Positions 59,570 to 64,000 of a stretch of DNA of 64,000 nucleotides are shown in pieces. The translations under genes and the position numbers were made by a program. Position 1 is the stretch's first letter. Every line of letters begins with the position of its first letter. The notes under the pieces were generated by a model. That model was not told the origin of the DNA. It did not search any database and saw only the letters and a program-made list of their open reading frames with translations. The DNA is from Cyanophora paradoxa CCMP329 (Eukaryota; Plantae; Glaucophyta): the NCBI GenBank assembly GCA_004431415.1, contig QPMI01000588.1, positions 186,001 to 250,000 on the forward strand. The letters run 5' to 3'.

Positions 59570-62500
59570 CGGGCCCCCGCACCGCAGCTCGGCTCGCCGC
59601 CGCCGCCGGACCTGCCTGCGCAGGGCGGGCCGGCCGCTGGCCCGCCTGCGGCACTCCCCGGCTGGAGCCCAGGGCTCCACCTCCGTCCCGAGGTCCGAAA
59701 ACGACCTCGCGCGGCCCCGCACCGCCACGCCACCCGCCGCCGCCGCCTGACCTGCTTGCGCGGGGCGGGCCGGCCGCTGGCTCGCACGCAGCGCTCCCCG
59801 GCTGGAGCCGCTGAGCCCAGGGCTCCGCCTCCGTCCCGAGGTCCGTCACGGCCTCGCGCGGCACCCGCGCCGCCGCTCGACCCGCCGCCGCCGCCTGACC
59901 TGCTTACGCAGGGCGGGCCGGCCGCTGGCTCGCCTGCCGCGCTCTCCGGCTGGAGCCTTGGTCTCCACCTCCGCCCCGAGGTCCGTCACGGCCTCGCGCG
60001 GCCCCGTGCCGCCGCTCGACCCGCCACCGTGGCACCGCCGCCTGACCTGCTTGCACAGGGCGGGCCGACCGCTGGCGCGCCTGCGACGCTCCCCGGCTGG
60101 AGCCCAGGGCTCCACCTCCGCCCCGAGGTCCGAAAACGACCTCGCACGGCCCCGCCCCCCGCGCCACCCGCCGCCGCCGCCTGACCTGCTTGCGCAGGGC
60201 GGCCGACCGCTGGCTCGCCTGCGGCGCTCTCCGGCTGGAGCCCAGGGCTCCGCCTCCGCCCCGAGGTCCGTCACGGCCTCGCGCGGCCCCCGCGCCGCCG
60301 CTCGACCCGCCGCCGCAGCCTGATCTGCTTGCGCAGGGCGGGCCGGCCGCTGGCTCGCCTGCCGCGCTCTCCGGCTGGAGCCCTTGGGCTCCACCTCCGC
60401 CCCGAGGCCCGTCACGGCCTCGCGCGGCCCCCGCACCGCCGCTCAACCCGCCACCGTGGCACCGCCGCCTGTCCTGCTTGCGCAGGCGGGCCGGCCGCTG
60501 GCTCGCCTGCGGCGCTCCCCGGCTGGAGCCCCGGGCCCCACCTCCGCCCCGAGGTCCGAAAACGACCTCGCGCGGCCCCACGCCCGCGCTCGACCCGCCG
60601 CCGCCGCATAACCTGCTTACGTAGGGCGGGCCGGCCGCTGGTGCGCATGCAGCGCTCCCCGGCTGGAGCCCAGGGCTCCACCTCCGCCCCGAGGTCCGTC
60701 ACGGCCTCGCACGGCCCCGCGCCGCCGCTCGACCCGCCGCCGCCGCCTGACCTGCTTGCGCAGGGCGGGCCGACCGCTGGCTCGCCTGCCGCGCTCTCCG
60801 GCTGGAGCCTTGGTCTCCACCTCCGCCCCGAGGTCCGTCACGGCCTCGCGCGGCCCCGTGCCGCCGCTCGACCCGCCACCGTGGCACCGCCGCCTGACCT
60901 GCTTGCACAGGGCGGGCCGACCGCTGGCGCGCCTGCGACGCTCCCCGGCTGGAGCCCAGGGCTCCACCTCCGCCCCGAGGTCCGAAAACGACCTCGCACG
61001 GCCCCGCCCCCCGCGCCACCCGCCGCGCCGCCTGACCTGCTTGCGCAGGGCGGGCCGACCGCTGGCTCGCCTGCGGCGCTCTCCGGCTGGAGCCCAGGGC
61101 TCCGCCTCCGCCCCGAGGTCCGTCACGGCCTCGCGCGGCCCCCGCGCCGCCGCTCGACCCGCCGCCGCAGCCTGATCTGCTTGCGCAGGGCGGGCCGGCC
61201 GCTGGCTCGCCTGCCGCGCTCTCCGGCTGGAGCCCTTGGCTCCACCTCCGCCCGAGGCCCGTCACGGCCTCGCGCGGACCCCGCACCGCCGCTCAACCCG
61301 CCACCGTGGCACCGCCGCCTGTCCTGCTTGCGCAGGGCGGGCCGGCCGCTGGCTCGCCTGCGGCGCTCCCCGGCTGGAGCCCCGGGCCCCACCTCCGCCC
61401 CGAGGTCCGAAAACGACCTCGCGCGGCCCCACGCCCGCGCTCGACCCGCCGCCGCCGCATAACCTGCTTACGTAGGGCGGGCCGGCCGCTGGTGCGCATG
61501 CAGCGCTCCCCGGCTGGAGCCCAGGGCTCCACCTCCGCCCCGAGGTCCGTCACGGCCTCGCACGGCCCCGCGCCGCCGCTCGACCCGCCGCCGCCGCCTG
61601 ACCTGCTTGCGCAGGGCGGGCCGGCCGCTGGCCCGCCTGCGGCGCTCTCCGGCTGGAGCCTTGGGCTTCACCTCCGCCCCGAGGTCCGTCACGGCCTCGC
61701 GCGGCCCCGCACCGCCGCTCGACTCGCCGCCGCCGCCGGACCTGCTTACGCAGGGCGGGCCGGCCGCTGGCTCGCATGCGACGCTCTCGGGCTGGAGCCC
61801 TTGGGGCCCCACCTCCGCCCCGAGGTCCGTCACGGCCTCGCGCGGCCCCGTGCCGCCGCGCGACCTGCCGCCGCCGCCTGACCTGCTTGCGCAGGGCGGG
61901 CCGACCGCTGGCTCGCCTGCGACATTCGCCGGTTGGAGCCCTTGGGCCCCACCTCCACCCCGAGGTCTGAAGCGGCCTCGCGCGACCCCCGCGCCGCCGC
62001 CCGACACACCGCTGCCGCCTGACCTGCTTGCGCAGGGCAGGCCGGCCGCTGGCTCGCCTGCCGCGCTCTCCGGCTGGAGCCCAGGGCTCCACCTCCGCCC
62101 CGAGGTCCGTCACGGCCTCGCGCGGCCCCGCGCTGCCGCTCGACCCGCCGCCGCCGCATAACCTGCTTGCGCAGGGCGGGCCGGCCGCTGGCTTGCATGC
62201 AGCCCTCCCGGCCGGAGCCTTGGTCTCCACCGCCGCCCCGAGGTCCGTCACGGCCTAGCGCGGCCCCGCGCCGCCGCTCGACCTCCGCCGCCGCATAACC
62301 TGCTTGCGCAGGGCGGGCCGACCGCTGGCTCGCCTGCGGCGCTCCCCGGCTGGAGCCCAGGGCTCCGCCTCCGCCCCGAGGTACGTCACGGCTTCGCGAG
62401 GCCCCGCGCTGCCGCTCGACACGCCGCCGCCGCCTGACCTGCTTGCGCAGGGCGGGCCGGCCGCTGGCTCGCACGCAGCACTCCCCGGCTGGAGCCCAGG

Positions 62501-64000
62501 GCTCCACCTCCGCCCCGAGGTCCGTCATGGCCTCGCGCGGCCCCGCGCTGCTGCTCGACCCGCCGCCACCACATAACCTGCTTGCGCAGGGCGGGCCGAC
62601 CGCCGTCTCGCCTGCGGTACTCTCCGGCTGGGGCCCAGGGCCCCACCTACGCCCCGAGGTCTGTCACGGCCTCGTGCGTCCCCGCGCCGCCGCTCGACCC
62701 ACCGCCGCCGCCTGACCTGCTTGCGCAGGGCGGGCCGGCCACTGGCTCGCCTGCCGCGCTCTCCGGCTGGGGCCCAGGGCTCCACTTCCGCCCCGAGGTC
62801 CATCACGGCCTCGCGCAGCCCCGCGCTGCCGCTCGACCCGCCGCCGCGCATCACCTGCTGGCGCAGGGCGGGCTGGCCGCTGGCTCGCACGCAGCGCTCC
62901 CCGGCTGCGCCCAGGGCTCCACCTCCGCCCCGAGGTCCGTCTCGGCCTCGCGCGGCTTCGGGCTGCCGCTCAACCCACCGCCGCCGCATGACCTGCTGGC
63001 GCGGGGCTGGCCGGCCGCTGGCTCGCATGCAGCGCTCCCCGGCTGGAGCCCAAGGCCCCACCTCCGCCCCGAGGTCCGAAAACGACCTCGCGCGGCCCCG
63101 CACCGCCGCGCCACCCGCCGCCGCCGCGTAACCTGCTTGCGCAGGGCGGGCCGGCCGCTGGCTCGCACACAGCGCTCCCCGGCTGGAGCCAGGGCTCTAC
63201 CTCCGCCCGAGGTCCATCACGGCCTCGTGCGGCCCGCACTGCCGCTCGACCAGCCGCCGCCGCAAAACCTGCTTGCGCAGGGCGGGCCGTCCGCTGGCTC
63301 GCATACAGCGCTCCCCGGCTGGAGCCCAGGGCCCCACTTCCGCCCCGAGGTCCGTCACGGCTTCGCGCGGCCCCGCGCTGCTGCTCGACATGCCACTGCC
63401 GCCTGACCTGCTTGCGCAGGGCGGGCCGCTGGTGCGCATGCAGCGCTCCCCGGCTGGAGCCCAGGGCCACACTTCCGCCCCGAGGTCCGTCACGGCCTCG
63501 CGCGGCCCGCGCTGCTGCTCGACCCGCCGCCGCCCCAGAACCTGCCTGCGCAGGGCCGGCCGCTGGTGCGCATGCAGCGCTCCCCGGCTGGAGCCCAGGG
63601 CTCCACCACCGCCCCGAGGTCCGCCACGGCCTCGCGCTCCCCTGTGCTGCGCTCGACACGCCGCCGCCGCATAACCTGCCTGCGCAGGGCGGGCCGGCCG
63701 CTGGCTCGTCCGCAGCGCCCCCCGGCTGGAGCTCAAGGCGTTACCACCGCCCAGAGGTCCGTCACGGCCTCGCCCGACCCCGCGCTGCCGCTCGACCCGC
63801 CGCCGCCGCATACCCTGCTTGCGCAGGGCGGGCCGGCCGCTGGCTCGTATGCAGCGCTTCACGGCTGGAGCCCAGGGCTCCACCTCCGCCCCGAGGTACG
63901 TCACGGCTTCGCGAGGCCCCGCGCTGCGCTCGACACGCCGCCGCCGCCTGACCTGCTTGCGCAGGGCGGGCCGACCGCTGGCTCGCCTGCGACATTCGCC
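59570..64000 (+). repeat. Tandem array, ~140-bp unit x~31, running off the window; includes a 6-unit (851-bp) higher-order duplication
   Basis: CCTGACCTGCTTGCGCAGGGCGGGCCG recurs throughout. The variant CATAACCTGCTTACGTAG appears at ~60607 and ~61458. Confidence 0.95.

Overview
Eukaryotic, GC-rich DNA with many short spliceosomal introns (about 55-95 nt, GT-AG and some GC-AG, CTCAC/CTGAC branch sites). It looks like a unicellular alga or protist; the taxon cannot be fixed from this window. The first ~11.5 kb holds host genes: two hypothetical genes, an 8-intron MFS/monocarboxylate-type transporter, a TPR-like gene and a secreted Ser-Pro-rich IPT/TIG-like gene. The rest is a nested transposon pile. 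A very large Ty3/gypsy element ('A', 5' LTR 12296-12578; gag, a ~2,400-codon unknown region, protease, RT, RNase H) has its gag split by a 30.9-kb CACTG...CAGTG DNA element (13863-44788; 40-bp TIRs, TCT target duplication). That element shows no transposase. It carries four main tandem arrays (263, 142, ~501 and 336 bp), a multi-intron class-III aminotransferase-like cargo gene and a young gag-only LTR element ('B', 32791-38569). B contains an antisense tRNA-like module at its PBS, three sense tRNA-3'-end mimics near the 3' LTR and four internal copies of its polypurine tract. Element A breaks off at ~56.7 kb into further tandem arrays. Comparing repeat copies shows a recurrent micro-insertion X -> X.revcomp(X).X, which could explain the palindrome-rich non-coding DNA. 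Several satellite units look like exon+intron modules. All alignments and gene models were made by eye.
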